63,239 nucleotides of DNA from Candidatus Bathyarchaeota archaeon (lineage in GTDB: Archaea; Thermoproteota; Bathyarchaeia; 40CM-2-53-6): assembly GCA_005881695.1 (NCBI GenBank), contig VBBT01000113.1, positions 1-63,239 of the forward strand. Direction: 5' to 3'. A program made the position numbers and the translations under genes. Under the pieces are notes generated by a model. That model did no database searches. It worked only from the letters and a program-made list of their open reading frames with translations, and had not been told where the DNA came from. Every line of letters starts with the position of its first letter. The stretch's first letter is position 1. This document shows, piece by piece, positions 29,155-39,910 of this stretch.

Positions 29155-29936
29155 GAGTTAACCAGCTCCCTGACCTTGCCCTCTATGTCAAACGATCTCA
29201 TTATCGAAGTTCCAACAAGAAAAGCCTCCGCGCCCGCGGCCTTGAGCCGTATAATGTCCCGCGGGGATTCTATCCCGCTTTCAGAAACAATCGGCCTATC
29301 AACATCAACATTCTCTGCAAGGATCTTCTCGGTAGTCGAGAGGTCCAACTGGAAAGTAGACAGATTACGGTTGTTGATACCGTAGAGGTCAGGCCTGAAT
29401 CTCCGAAGGCTCTCAAACTCGCTAGCGCTGTTCGCCTCCACTAAGACCTCCAGTCCAAGCCGATTAGCTTCAAGAATCATACTATCAAGCCCAATATTGG
29501 ACAATTTCCTGCTGAAGATTTCGGAAATGAAGACCACTGCACTGGCTCCTGCCCTCCGTCCAGCCTGGAGTTGCTTCGGCGACACTACGATGTCTTTCAT
29601 TATCGTCGGCACTTGTACTTCCTTACTGATCGTAACCAGAGTGTCTAAATTGCCATCAAAGTTTTCGGGGTCCGTAAGGACCGAGAGCGCACATGCTCCG
29701 CCATTCAGCATTGCTTTTGCAATCAGGAGTGGGTTTTCAGATTCTCTGATCTTTCCAGCTGATGGGGAGGCGTATTTGATCTCCGTGATGACCGGCGTCT
29801 TTTTGCTTTCTTGGATTGCTTTGACCAAGCCTCTGTGCGACGCGTTCGCGGTTCCACCGTTGTCGTAGTAGCCTCGTTTGACTCTAGCTCTGGCCTTTGC
29901 AGCGAGCTCGGGCAAGTGGTCAACCAAGAACGTCAA
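29151..29936 (-). CDS. trpC: Indole-3-glycerol phosphate synthase
   Basis: [17 protein letters not shown] and VSESGI motifs. Confidence 0.93.
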   Translation of the reverse strand: MTFLVDHLPELAAKARARVKRGYYDNGGTANASHRGLVKAIQESKKTPVITEIKYASPSAGKIRESENPLLIAKAMLNGGACALSVLTDPENFDGNLDTLVTISKEVQVPTIMKDIVVSPKQLQAGRRAGASAVVFISEIFSRKLSNIGLDSMILEANRLGLEVLVEANSASEFESLRRFRPDLYGINNRNLSTFQLDLSTTEKILAENVDVDRPIVSESGIESPRDIIRLKAAGAEAFLVGTSIMRSFDIEGKVRELVNS

Positions 29937-30982
29937 GCCAGATTCTTGAGCCGGTGAGTGTCTCCACCCGAGAACTCTACAAGCTGATACAGTGTTTGGA
30001 ACGGCTTTCCATCACTCACGACTTTGGAAGCTATCTCGACTCCCTCTCTGAAGCTCTCGGCTCTTTCACAAAGGACCAGCCCTGCCGCCGCGTTCGCCAA
30101 AACCATTTGGACGCGGGGGTCATTATGTCCGAGATGTCCGGATAGGATCTTTGCTGTAAGGCGTGCGTTCTCCTCCGGGTCCGAGCCCGCAACCTCCTCA
30201 GCTGCGCTTCTCTTGAAGCCCAAATCTTCGGGCTCCACCTCGTCTCGGAATATTCTTCCGTGTTGACGCCTTACAATGATTGTTTTACCCGTCATGGAGA
30301 TCTCATCGACTCCGTCGAGCCCATAGACAGTCATCACGGATTTCGCTCCCAAGTTGTGGGCTGCGAGGCACATAGGCTCTAGAAGCTCACTGTCGTAGAC
30401 TCCGATCAGCTGAGCGTTTGCGCCTGCTGGGTTCGTTAGGGGGCCGAGGATGTTGAATACTGTGCGTACTCCTATCTCGCGTCTCACCGAGGCTACGTTT
30501 TTCATCGCCGGATGGAAGTTGGGTGCGAACATGAACCCGATTCCGATCTCTTCGATCGCTCGCTCGACCAACTCTGCTTCCATGTTCAGGTTCAGACCCA
30601 ATTGTTCGAGAACGTCCGCGCTTCCGCACTTGCTTGTGAACGATCGATTGCCATGTTTTGCCACCGGAACACCGGCTGCCGCGATTACGAAAGCCGCGGT
30701 GGTGCTTACGTTGAACGTTTTCGTTCTATCCCCGCCGGTCCCGCAAGTATCCAATAGGTAGCTGTTTATTTTCGGGTGGATTCTACTGCTGAATTCCCTC
30801 ATTACCTGCGCTAGGGCAGTGACTTCGTCAGCTGTTTCCCGCTTCTTCTTCAATCCTATCAGAAAGGCTGCGACCTGCGAAGACGTCGCCTCTCCAGACA
30901 TGATTTCCTTCATTGTAGCCTTCGCCTGGTCGGACGTCAACTCGTGGTTCTCGAGGAGAAGCGGGATGCATTCCTTGATCAT
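29933..30982 (-). CDS. trpD: Anthranilate phosphoribosyltransferase
   Basis: DTCGTGGD..TFNVST and AKHGNRS motifs. Confidence 0.95.
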   Translation of the reverse strand: MIKECIPLLLENHELTSDQAKATMKEIMSGEATSSQVAAFLIGLKKKRETADEVTALAQVMREFSSRIHPKINSYLLDTCGTGGDRTKTFNVSTTAAFVIAAAGVPVAKHGNRSFTSKCGSADVLEQLGLNLNMEAELVERAIEEIGIGFMFAPNFHPAMKNVASVRREIGVRTVFNILGPLTNPAGANAQLIGVYDSELLEPMCLAAHNLGAKSVMTVYGLDGVDEISMTGKTIIVRRQHGRIFRDEVEPEDLGFKRSAAEEVAGSDPEENARLTAKILSGHLGHNDPRVQMVLANAAAGLVLCERAESFREGVEIASKVVSDGKPFQTLYQLVEFSGGDTHRLKNLA

Positions 30983-30987
30983 CCTGT

Positions 30988-31566
30988 TCAGTCCTCCAGG
31001 AAGTTCTCGATGATCCGATGCCCCGGCAGAGTAAGGATAGACTCGGGGTGGAACTGAACGCCTTCAATGGGGAACTCTTTGTGGCGGACGCCCATTATCT
31101 CATTGTCATCGACAGACTGCGCGGTCACTTCGAGGCTTTTCGGTAGGCTCTTTCTTTCCGCGACAAGCGAATGATATCTCGTAGCCTCGAAAGGACTCTT
31201 CACTCCACGAAGGACCCCTTTTCCATCGTGTCTAATTGGGCTGGTCTTGCCGTGGCGAAGTCTTCTCGCTCGAATTATCCCGCCACCGAACGCGTGAACA
31301 ATCCCTTGATGTCCCAAGCAGACGCCCAGAGTCGGGGTTTCGCTACTCACTTCTCGGATGATAGTCGTGCACGTCCCAAAGTACCGGCTATTGCTGGGAG
31401 TGCCAGGGCCGGGGGAGATTATGATCCTGTCAGGTGAGAGTTCCTTGACGCCTGCGACATCAACCCCATCGTTCCGTTTCACGACAACCTTGTCTGCAAT
31501 CTCACCCACGTACTGGGCTAGGTTGTAGACGAAGCTGTCGTAGTTGTCGAGGATCAGAACCTTCAG
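30988..31566 (-). CDS. trpG: Anthranilate synthase component II
   Basis: ILDNYDSF, ISPGPG, GVCLGHQ and QFHPES motifs; likely CTG start overlapping the trpE TGA (CTGA). Confidence 0.93.
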   Translation of the reverse strand: MKVLILDNYDSFVYNLAQYVGEIADKVVVKRNDGVDVAGVKELSPDRIIISPGPGTPSNSRYFGTCTTIIREVSSETPTLGVCLGHQGIVHAFGGGIIRARRLRHGKTSPIRHDGKGVLRGVKSPFEATRYHSLVAERKSLPKSLEVTAQSVDDNEIMGVRHKEFPIEGVQFHPESILTLPGHRIIENFLED

Positions 31567-32945
31567 CGGTCTTCCTCCTGGGCTTGATCCATAGCCGTAA
31601 ACAATGCAGCCGTCTTCCTCTCCGACTCGATCCACTCCCGGTCAGGGACCGAATCCGCAACTATCCCGGCTCCGGACTGGAGGTAGCAGTACCCGTCTTG
31701 GGCGGATAGGGTCCTGATTGTTATCGCAAAATCAGAGCTTCCATTCGCAGAGAAGTAGCCTACCGCTCCTGCGTAAGGACCCCTCGCAGTGGTCTCCAGT
31801 TGCTCGATAATTTCCATGGCCCGAACCTTGGGGGCTCCTGAAACAGTTCCGGCAGGAAAAACAGCCTTGAACAAGTCGAAGCTAGTCGCGTTCTTTCTTA
31901 GTTGTCCTGTAACCTTGGAAACAATGTGTTGGACATGGCTGTAGCCCTGAACTCTCATAAACTCGGGAACCTTAACCGTTCCATACTCGCAGACTCTGCC
32001 AAGGTCATTCCTTGCCAAGTCCACGAGCATCACGTGTTCCGCTCGTTCCTTTTCGTCCTGAAGCAGCTCTGCCGCCAGTGCTTTGTTTCGCGCAGAATCC
32101 CCGGTGAATGGTCGCGTACCAGCGATAGGAAAGCTCTCAGCATTGCGACCGATTTTCCTGGCCAGCATCTCCGGGCTGGACCCGACTATTTCCCTGTCGC
32201 CAAACTTGAGATAGTACATGTACGGAGACGGATTGATCCTCCGCAGCGCCCGGTAGAACCGGAGGAGCGAGCCCTTGAACGGAATCTTGTACCTCTTCGA
32301 CAGAACTACCTGGAAAACATCCCCTGACTCAATGTAGTCCTTGGCCTCTTCGACTCGTTCGCAGAAATCCTCCTGGCTCACATTCGACTTCGGCTTGCCA
32401 AAACTAACCTGATCGTTGCCGGCAGAATCGTTCAGTAGTTCCTCTGCTTTTTCTATTCTGTTTTCTTTTCGGTAGAAGTAGTGTGTTTTGCCGCTGACGT
32501 GGTCGAAGACGATCCCATCTTCGAAAAGTCCGTATTCTAAATCGGGAAACCCGTTGCCTTTGTTTCCCAGTCTAGGAATTCTTTCAAAGGAACGCACGAG
32601 GTCGTAGGACGCGTATCCGACAAGGCCTCCGGCGTATCTTTCGCCGGCGCTTCGTTCCTTTACTGGGCTGTTGTGACTCGCTAGAATGGCAAGCGGATCT
32701 TCGCACTTTTCGATCCTCCTCTCAGATTTCTGACGGTCGTGGATCTCAGCTTGTTTTCTTGAGGTCCGAATGATCTTCTGTGGGTCGAATCCTAGGAACG
32801 TGTATCTGGTTAGGCGGCGCGGTCCTTCAACCGACTCGAGAATGAAGCACGTATCGAACTTGTATCTGATGGATGCGAAAACGTCGATTGGTTGTTTTCT
32901 AGTTTCTAGCGGAAGATAGTTCAGTCTGGTGGGGCGCGTTGTCAG
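31563..32945 (-). CDS. trpE: Anthranilate synthase component I
   Basis: SSPE, KERAEHVMLVDLARND and GAPKVRAM motifs; in-frame N-terminal FILESVEG..RYTFLG and GGLVGYASYD lie upstream of the first canonical start (32597); CTG 32945 proposed. Confidence 0.92.
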   Translation of the reverse strand: MTTRPTRLNYLPLETRKQPIDVFASIRYKFDTCFILESVEGPRRLTRYTFLGFDPQKIIRTSRKQAEIHDRQKSERRIEKCEDPLAILASHNSPVKERSAGERYAGGLVGYASYDLVRSFERIPRLGNKGNGFPDLEYGLFEDGIVFDHVSGKTHYFYRKENRIEKAEELLNDSAGNDQVSFGKPKSNVSQEDFCERVEEAKDYIESGDVFQVVLSKRYKIPFKGSLLRFYRALRRINPSPYMYYLKFGDREIVGSSPEMLARKIGRNAESFPIAGTRPFTGDSARNKALAAELLQDEKERAEHVMLVDLARNDLGRVCEYGTVKVPEFMRVQGYSHVQHIVSKVTGQLRKNATSFDLFKAVFPAGTVSGAPKVRAMEIIEQLETTARGPYAGAVGYFSANGSSDFAITIRTLSAQDGYCYLQSGAGIVADSVPDREWIESERKTAALFTAMDQAQEEDR

Positions 32946-33006
32946 CTGCTGTCCAAAGACTATACCCCATGGAGGTCGCCTTTACCTTCCTGCCCGTATG
33001 TCGCTT

Positions 33007-34092
33007 TTATAGCTTGCGTGACCACTTTTGTACATTCGATACAAGCCTCTTCTTCACACCGCTCGCCTGCTTAGATCTAATCTGGGCAAGATTGGTCGCA
33101 AGTTCAAGAAATTTCTGTCTGACGGGCGGGAGAAACGGATTCAACTGTTGAATTCCCACAATCACGTCCCAACCGTCGAGCATCCTGACAATCCTGCCTT
33201 CAGTCTCTCTAAGAGACTGAGTTCTAGGCTCTCCACCCATCCCATTCAGGCCTAGCCCTAGAGAGATCAGCGCAAAATGATGGAGGCCTTGGACGTAGGC
33301 CATGGCGCGGTCATGCTGTGCCGCTGACATTGTCTGAATCTTCGATCCACCACTCTGGAGTGCGCGAGATAGCCTGGTCCATTTCTGGCCTGGACTGTAT
33401 GGCACCGCAACAATGATCTGATCGTGAAGATGATCTACGCCGGGTCCAAAGAGAGGATGCAAGCTCACGTATTCCAGTCCTTTCGGGATTTTTTCTGCAA
33501 CTCTGTCCGATATTCCAGTCTTGACCGACGAGAGATCAGCAAGGAGGCTGCCGGTTGTCATAAGAGACGCTGTTTCAGTCGCAACCCTGACAGTTTCCTC
33601 CATCGGCACCGACAGGATCACCATGTCCGAAGAAGCTGCGTCCAGGATTGTTCCCGGTTCGACTTCCATCTCCTTGGCAGCTGTTCGAGTCTTGCTGATC
33701 TCTCGACCAGCCAGCTTGACTTTCGCCCCGTGGAGGCTGGAGAACCGGGCGAAGAAACGCCCCATCCCGCCAGTTCCGCCCACTATCAGGATTCTTGTCT
33801 GGTCAAGTCTCTTCGCGGACTTTTCAGGCTGGTCTCGCTGGGCCTGGACACTGAAGGTGAAAATCTGCTCGAATATTGGCTGTATGAGCTTCGGATCGAG
33901 GTCCAGTGATGTGGCTGCGCGTTCTATCTTTCGGAGGATGATTTTCTCTCGCTCGGGATCGCGATACTCGAGATGTCTCTGCTGCTTGATACGTCCAAGG
34001 AGCCTAGCGTTCTCGTATCTGTTCTTGAGAAGCTTAACTATTTCTTGGTCTAGCTCGTCTATCCTATCCCGAATCCTAGATACGTCGTCCAT
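33007..34092 (-). CDS. tyrA: Chorismate mutase / prephenate dehydrogenase fusion
   Basis: IRDRIDELDQEIVKLL..R N-terminal domain; IVGGTGGMG, DLSSVK, HPLFGP and HDRAMA motifs. Confidence 0.88.
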   Translation of the reverse strand: MDDVSRIRDRIDELDQEIVKLLKNRYENARLLGRIKQQRHLEYRDPEREKIILRKIERAATSLDLDPKLIQPIFEQIFTFSVQAQRDQPEKSAKRLDQTRILIVGGTGGMGRFFARFSSLHGAKVKLAGREISKTRTAAKEMEVEPGTILDAASSDMVILSVPMEETVRVATETASLMTTGSLLADLSSVKTGISDRVAEKIPKGLEYVSLHPLFGPGVDHLHDQIIVAVPYSPGQKWTRLSRALQSGGSKIQTMSAAQHDRAMAYVQGLHHFALISLGLGLNGMGGEPRTQSLRETEGRIVRMLDGWDVIVGIQQLNPFLPPVRQKFLELATNLAQIRSKQASGVKKRLVSNVQKWSRKL

Positions 34093-34098
34093 TGAGAG

Positions 34099-35199
34099 TT
34101 AGCTCTTCAGGACCCGAGGAATCATTCCGCCGCGGATCATCAAATCCGCTAGTCCTATCGCCACCATGCCTTGGACGACGGGGACGGCCTTGGGGACTAC
34201 GCATGGGTCGTGTCTTCCTTTGACCCCGAGCTTAGCCTCTTCCATTTGGGATACGTTCACGGTCTTTTGCTCCTTAGCGATTGACGATGGTGGTTTGAAA
34301 GCAACCCTGAGTAGTAGAGGCATTCCGGTCGACATTCCGCCCAGAACTCCTCCGGAATTATTGGTTAGCGTGACCACTTTTCCCTCTTTGATAACGTACT
34401 GGTCGTTGTTTTCGGATCCCTTCAGATGACTTGCCTGGAATCCGGCTCCAAATTCGACTCCTTTGACTGCGGGGATTCCGAAAAGTATCTTGGCGAGTTC
34501 CGAGTCGATGGCGTCAAAGAGTGGCTCACCAACGCCCACGGGAAGGTTTAGCGCTGTACACTCGACGACTCCTCCGACACTGTCCCCATCGGCTTTTGCG
34601 TTTATCACTGCTTGCCGCATTTTCTCCGCGATCACCGGATCTGGGCACCTCATCGAGTTCTCGTACGTGCCTTTCTTGACAGCTTCATTACTGGGAGGGC
34701 TATCCAATCGAACTCCGTCGATAGCCTGGGTGTAGGCGAGGACCTCCACTCCAAACGAGGAAAGAAGTTTCTGGGCGATTGCTCCAGCGGCGACGAATGC
34801 TGCGGTCATTCTTCCTGAGAGTCTTCCGCCTCCTCGGTAGTCGCTGAAACCACCATACTTCACCTTCGCCGGATAATCTGCGTGTCCAGGCCGAACAAGG
34901 TCTTTCATAGGCTCATAATCAGAGGATCTCACGTCCTTGTTTCGGATGTGCAAAGTCACCGGCGCCCCTGTCGTATGGTCCTGGAATACTCCAGAGAATA
35001 GCTCTACAGCATCAGGCTCCCGACGTGCAGAGACAACTTCTTTCTCTTGCGGGATTCGCAAGTCCAATGCCTGTTGAATATCATCGAGCGTCAACGAGAG
35101 TCCGGCCGGGCAACCGTCCACAGTAACGCCTACCACAGGGCCGTGGCTTTCTCCGAAACAGGTAACAACGAGGGCTTTGCCGATGGAATTACTCCACAC
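34099..35199 (-). CDS. aroC: Chorismate synthase
   Basis: FGESHG, RPGHAD, RGGGRLSGR and GRHDPC motifs. Confidence 0.95.
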   Translation of the reverse strand: MWSNSIGKALVVTCFGESHGPVVGVTVDGCPAGLSLTLDDIQQALDLRIPQEKEVVSARREPDAVELFSGVFQDHTTGAPVTLHIRNKDVRSSDYEPMKDLVRPGHADYPAKVKYGGFSDYRGGGRLSGRMTAAFVAAGAIAQKLLSSFGVEVLAYTQAIDGVRLDSPPSNEAVKKGTYENSMRCPDPVIAEKMRQAVINAKADGDSVGGVVECTALNLPVGVGEPLFDAIDSELAKILFGIPAVKGVEFGAGFQASHLKGSENNDQYVIKEGKVVTLTNNSGGVLGGMSTGMPLLLRVAFKPPSSIAKEQKTVNVSQMEEAKLGVKGRHDPCVVPKAVPVVQGMVAIGLADLMIRGGMIPRVLKS

Positions 35200-36463
35200 T
35201 TAGTTGTACCCCCAATTTTGCGAGGTCTTGGAAGAATTCCGGGTAGGATTTCGAAATTGCTTCCGAGTTTTGAATTATTGACTCTCCCTTCGCACCAAGA
35301 GAAGCGACTGCGCACGCCATCGCAACACGATGGTCGCTATGTGAATCGAACGCACTTCCGATCAACTCTCTGGTTCCCTCAATCTTGATCATGTCGTCTT
35401 CTGCATGAATCTTGGCGCCCATCTTCACCAACTCGGTCGGAAGAGTTTGCAACCTGTTGGACTCCTTGTAAACTAGCCTCTTTACTCCTCGGATTTCTGA
35501 TGAGCCGTCCGCGAAACATCCAAGGGTCTCAAGCGGCGGGACAAGATCCGGGTTATTGCTCGCGTCAAAATCGAATCCATCAAGTTCTCCTTTCCGAATC
35601 GTAAGTTCATCTCCATTCTGTTGGACTTCGAGCCCGATTTCGCGGGCGATTTTCAATATAGCAGAATCAGGTTCAAGCTCGTAGGATCCAAGGCCGGAAA
35701 TCGTGATATCATCTCCCGCGGTTCCCGTCGCGGCAATGAGGAAGGCCACGGACGAAAAATCTCCCGGAACACGATGAGACGCTGGCGCGAAGCTTTGTGG
35801 TGCAGGAATCTTGAACTTCTCATCTAATTCCTCGATCGAGATTCCATGCTTTCTCAACACATCAATGGACATGTTCACGTACGGGCGCGATTCAAGTGCA
35901 CCTTCCACGTTGATCGTGACATCTCTTATCGCCAGGGGAGCTGCGAATAGGAGTCCCGAGATGAACTGGGAGCTGATGTCGCCTCGAATCGTGACCTCTC
36001 CTCCTCTGAGAGGTCCCCTAACCAGTACTTCGAATCCATGCGTGTCGGAAATGGCTCGGGCGGAGACACCTAGAGTTTTGATAGCCTTCACAAGCGGGTC
36101 CAAGGGTCTGTTGGCTTGTCTCGGGGTAGCCCTTAGCCTAACTGTCTTCAGAGAAGTGGAGGAAATCGCGGTGAGGAACCTTAGGGTTGCTCCCGAGTCA
36201 CCGCAGTCAATGGGCCTGTTGGATGTTGTTGGTCTTCTGATTCCATTTGAGATTGTTCGGGTTTTCTTAACAAGAACTTTCGCTCCCAACCTTTGAATCC
36301 CCTCAAGGGTTCGCTGAGTATCATCACAATGCAACGCTCCTTCAATGACAGATTTCCCGGGGGACAATAGAGAGGCTAGGAGTGCTCTGTGGGTGTATGC
36401 TTTGGAGCCGGGAGCCTTCACTTTTCCGTGAAGCGCCTGTGGACCCTTGAGCCTAACTTTCAA
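35189..36463 (-). CDS. aroA: EPSP synthase
   Basis: PGSKAYTHR, SSQFISGLL, KESNR and DHRVAM motifs. Confidence 0.95.
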   Translation of the reverse strand: MKVRLKGPQALHGKVKAPGSKAYTHRALLASLLSPGKSVIEGALHCDDTQRTLEGIQRLGAKVLVKKTRTISNGIRRPTTSNRPIDCGDSGATLRFLTAISSTSLKTVRLRATPRQANRPLDPLVKAIKTLGVSARAISDTHGFEVLVRGPLRGGEVTIRGDISSQFISGLLFAAPLAIRDVTINVEGALESRPYVNMSIDVLRKHGISIEELDEKFKIPAPQSFAPASHRVPGDFSSVAFLIAATGTAGDDITISGLGSYELEPDSAILKIAREIGLEVQQNGDELTIRKGELDGFDFDASNNPDLVPPLETLGCFADGSSEIRGVKRLVYKESNRLQTLPTELVKMGAKIHAEDDMIKIEGTRELIGSAFDSHSDHRVAMACAVASLGAKGESIIQNSEAISKSYPEFFQDLAKLGVQLSVE

Positions 36464-37338
36464 GTCTCGATCATCGCTTTCCTGAAGTTGGGATTTGCTT
36501 CGATTATTCGTCCGTCGAATTTCTCGAACATCTGCCGCACTGGCTTCAACTGATTCTCGTCGACTACTGCCGCTATGGCTGGTCCCTTGCCGGACAGTCC
36601 TGCTCCATACGCCCCGGCTTCAATCGCCGAGAGTGCTGGGCGAGGGTCTTCTCCGAGGATGGATGAAAGGGCGAGGCCGTTAAGGGTAAGAGCGTCCCAG
36701 ATGTGGCCATTGCTGGCTTCGCTGTATGCAAGTTCTGAAATCCTTCGGATAGGCGCAAATCTCGTCCGGTCTAGCTGTCTTGTTCGAGTTTTTCGCGATG
36801 GAACAAGTATCAGGATCTTAAAATCTCTGGGGATCTTGAGAATTTTTTCCACCTTTCTATGATCATTATCTGTCAGAGCCGCTCCGCCGTGGTAGGATGC
36901 GAATGAATCGTCGTAGGCGCCAGTGAGACTTACCCCGGACTCGATGGATGCCTCTACTCCAATGGCAACCAGCGTGTCATCATCTCGCTCCTCGTCCAGT
37001 GCGGATACGGTGGCTAAGGCTACGGCGTTGGCTGCCGCGCTGCTGCTCTTGAGACCAACCGCTGCTGGTATGTTGGATGAGGTGATCACTTCTCCCTGCA
37101 GCTTCCGCTCATACCCATAATGTTCCAGGACCTTCTGGACCACTGTGACCGCAAGCTTGTTGGATTCCTCTGGATCGGAGGATATGAATCCGGAAATCTG
37201 GCCAGGTCCCTCTCGTAAGCTAACCTTCGCTCGGGTCCAAAGATCTACTCCCAGAGCGCCTCCCTTGCCTGTTGGAAACGCGTTTAGAATGCTGATAGCG
37301 CCGTGGGAAAGTGCCTGGCCGGTACCCTTCATTTCCAA
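36460..37338 (-). CDS. aroK: Archaeal (GHMP) shikimate kinase
   Basis: HGAISILNA, GLKSSSAAANA and TGAYDD motifs. Confidence 0.92.
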   Translation of the reverse strand: MEMKGTGQALSHGAISILNAFPTGKGGALGVDLWTRAKVSLREGPGQISGFISSDPEESNKLAVTVVQKVLEHYGYERKLQGEVITSSNIPAAVGLKSSSAAANAVALATVSALDEERDDDTLVAIGVEASIESGVSLTGAYDDSFASYHGGAALTDNDHRKVEKILKIPRDFKILILVPSRKTRTRQLDRTRFAPIRRISELAYSEASNGHIWDALTLNGLALSSILGEDPRPALSAIEAGAYGAGLSGKGPAIAAVVDENQLKPVRQMFEKFDGRIIEANPNFRKAMIET

Positions 37339-38168
37339 TCCTTCCCCAGGTAATCTACTAGGGAGGAGCGCATGAGAGCGAAGGGAGCGGGCTCGTTGAG
37401 CCAGATTTCATAGGACAACGCTGCCTGGTGCACAAGCATCTCTAACGGGCTTATCGTGCCGCGTCCTGCGGGAATGGGTTCGCTGGGCTTGTCGTATGCT
37501 AGGTCGAAGACCCAGGCAGTATCTTTCACTCTGTTGAGTGGGATTTTGAGCTGGGATAAGAGAGTCGACGTCCGTATCGGGGTCGCGTTGACGAGAAGGT
37601 CCGTATCCTGGAGACTTTTCTCTAAGCTACTCCTGGAAAGTTCTTCATACCAAATTCTGCTGGGACCGGTTGCGTTATCCGCTAGCTCCCGGGCCTTGTC
37701 CAATGTTCTGTTTAGAATCCTGAGCGTGTTGTTTTCTGTCGAAAAACGGTGAACTAGTGCCTGAGCTGCTCCTCCCGCTCCGAGCACTACTATCCGCTTA
37801 TTGCTGGGTTCGAAACCGTAGGATCTCAGAGCTCTGACAGCTCCCTCTCCGTCAGTGTTGTATCCTACAAGTCCCTTCTTTGTTCGGACAACTGTATTGA
37901 CTGATCCGCTTTTCTTTGCGTTCTCGTCAAGCCCGTCCAACATTTCCAAGATAACTATCTTGTGGGGCATTGTGACGTTGAAGCCGTCAAAACCGAGCGT
38001 CCGGGCTGCTTCTACTGCCCGTTTCAGGCTGTCCTTGCTAACCTCGAAAGGTACGTAGGTTCTGTTGAGTGATAGTTTCTCGAAGGTCGTGTTGAAGATC
38101 ACAGGGCTGAGGCTGTGGGCTACCGGGGATCCGTAGAGGGAGTGGACTCTAGTATCGCCCTTGATCAT
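37329..38168 (-). CDS. aroE: Shikimate dehydrogenase
   Basis: HSLSP, GFNVTMPHK, GYNTDG and GAGGAA motifs. Confidence 0.93.
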   Translation of the reverse strand: MIKGDTRVHSLYGSPVAHSLSPVIFNTTFEKLSLNRTYVPFEVSKDSLKRAVEAARTLGFDGFNVTMPHKIVILEMLDGLDENAKKSGSVNTVVRTKKGLVGYNTDGEGAVRALRSYGFEPSNKRIVVLGAGGAAQALVHRFSTENNTLRILNRTLDKARELADNATGPSRIWYEELSRSSLEKSLQDTDLLVNATPIRTSTLLSQLKIPLNRVKDTAWVFDLAYDKPSEPIPAGRGTISPLEMLVHQAALSYEIWLNEPAPFALMRSSLVDYLGKDWK

Positions 38169-38174
38169 GTGTTG

Positions 38175-38858
38175 TTACTCCACACCTAGCATCTCGTAGA
38201 TTCGGCGAAGTTCGGCAATGGTCGATTGTCCAGGGGCGGTTTCCAGTCCTCTCTCTAGGGACGCGTAGGTGAAGTGGGCTCCGTAGAACGGTGCCAGTAG
38301 TCTCGACCAGACTCCCGCCTGTCCCATTGCAAAACTGACCAGCGGCGAGTTCTGATGGTTTGCTTTCAACAAGCTGAGGACAGTGAGATTGTCCTCAGGA
38401 ATCTGCGCTGTTGTGACGATCTTGCAAACATCGGGCTTGAACTTCTGGAGTTCCACGAGGGTTGAGGCGAGTTTTGCGGGATCAGGCGTTCTGAAGTGAT
38501 CATGGTGAGATAGTATGATCTTGGCACCTTTCTCTCTAAACGTCTTGATGACACGGTCGAGCCTGCTTGTGGTGAGTTCCAGATCTACGTACTGGAATCC
38601 TCCCTCGACTGCCTCCATCAATATCTTCAGACGTTCAGCCTCAGATCTGTCGAAGGATCCCTTCTCCGACAGCGGCCTGTTGGTTCCGATGATTGGTCGT
38701 TCTACTGCGCGGGCTATCTTTGTGAGGCCGTGGTAGCTCCGGAGCCTGTCCAGACGAACCTCCACGAGGTCGGCGGACAGTCTCTCGGCCCTCTGTGCTC
38801 TTCCCAATAGTTCGGGGGTGTCGGTTGAGGAGATTGAGACGCAGACTTTGGGGTTCAC
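38175..38858 (-). CDS. aroD: 3-dehydroquinate dehydratase type I
   Basis: VEVRLD, SHHD, FAMG and TAPGQ motifs. Confidence 0.93.
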   Translation of the reverse strand: MNPKVCVSISSTDTPELLGRAQRAERLSADLVEVRLDRLRSYHGLTKIARAVERPIIGTNRPLSEKGSFDRSEAERLKILMEAVEGGFQYVDLELTTSRLDRVIKTFREKGAKIILSHHDHFRTPDPAKLASTLVELQKFKPDVCKIVTTAQIPEDNLTVLSLLKANHQNSPLVSFAMGQAGVWSRLLAPFYGAHFTYASLERGLETAPGQSTIAELRRIYEMLGVE

Positions 38859-39910
38859 CTTTCGATGACCATCTCGTCCGGTACTTTTGTTCCAAAGTGT
38901 CGTCCGCCCTCTTCGAACCGGACCAATACCTCGTCGCCAGGCTTGATCTCTGAAACCGGTTTGGACCCGTCTCTAGTGACCAGCCGGATAGTTTCAGCAT
39001 TCTGAACTATCGTCGTTAGCTTTCGGTTTCCAATGCTCGCCTCTACGAGGATCATTGGCCGACGCTCTATCTTGACCCTCGCGACATCAACGCTTCTGGT
39101 TCGCCCTCTCCTATCGATCAGGAGCACGGTTTCTCCGGCAGATAGCTCGGAGAGATACCGTGTTTTTCCGTTCGCGGCCAGAATGTATGATGATACTGGG
39201 CCAGCGTTTACCCTGAACGGTCGCGAGTTCACGTGAGGGTTGGCGTGGACTTCTCCTTCCACTAAGAAGAGAGCTTCGGACGAAGAGCCGGTCAAGAGTC
39301 CCTCGCCCGCCTCGAGGATCTCGGTGGTATCTACGCAGACTCTAGCCCCCGTCCCAATAGGCTTGACGCTCGTGACCTTGGCGATTGTGAGGGAGATGTC
39401 GTCTGGCTGTCCAAATATCAAGTCTCGGGTCTTGAAAATCTCGTCTGTATCACGGGAAGCAAGGGCTATTCCGTCCGCTCCCAGCTCCAAAGTTGAGAGG
39501 GCGGCTCTACTTTCGTCAAAGCTTCTGGTTCTGGCGAGAAGCTTCGAACGTCCTTTCGCTTCCGCTATCAGGTTTTCGAGCGGTATGATTTTCCAGTTGG
39601 GACAATTGATCAGGAGATAATCAGGACGCAGCTCCAGAGCCTGCGATATTCTTTCCAGATCCTTCTGGTCACCGATCGTAACCTCAAGCGCTACTGGGGT
39701 CCTGTTTCTCTTGGCACTCGACACGTGGTCAAACCTTGACGTGACGAGTATGTCCATTCCTTCCAGTCGCGACGCGATTTTCGCTGTGACTCCGGGAAGC
39801 TTGAGGTCGGTGAGGATGGTGTGCGGTTTGGCTTCGTCGACCATCTTGCGGATGGTTTCCGCGGATAGTTCGGGGTTAGGCTCGAGCCAGAATTCTTTCA
39901 CTTCTTTCAC
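38855..39910 (-). CDS. aroB': 3-dehydroquinate synthase II (archaeal AroB')
   Basis: WKIIPLENLIA, RVCVDT, RPFRVNAG and QNAETIRL motifs. Confidence 0.93.
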   Translation of the reverse strand: MKEVKEFWLEPNPELSAETIRKMVDEAKPHTILTDLKLPGVTAKIASRLEGMDILVTSRFDHVSSAKRNRTPVALEVTIGDQKDLERISQALELRPDYLLINCPNWKIIPLENLIAEAKGRSKLLARTRSFDESRAALSTLELGADGIALASRDTDEIFKTRDLIFGQPDDISLTIAKVTSVKPIGTGARVCVDTTEILEAGEGLLTGSSSEALFLVEGEVHANPHVNSRPFRVNAGPVSSYILAANGKTRYLSELSAGETVLLIDRRGRTRSVDVARVKIERRPMILVEASIGNRKLTTIVQNAETIRLVTRDGSKPVSEIKPGDEVLVRFEEGGRHFGTKVPDEMVIER

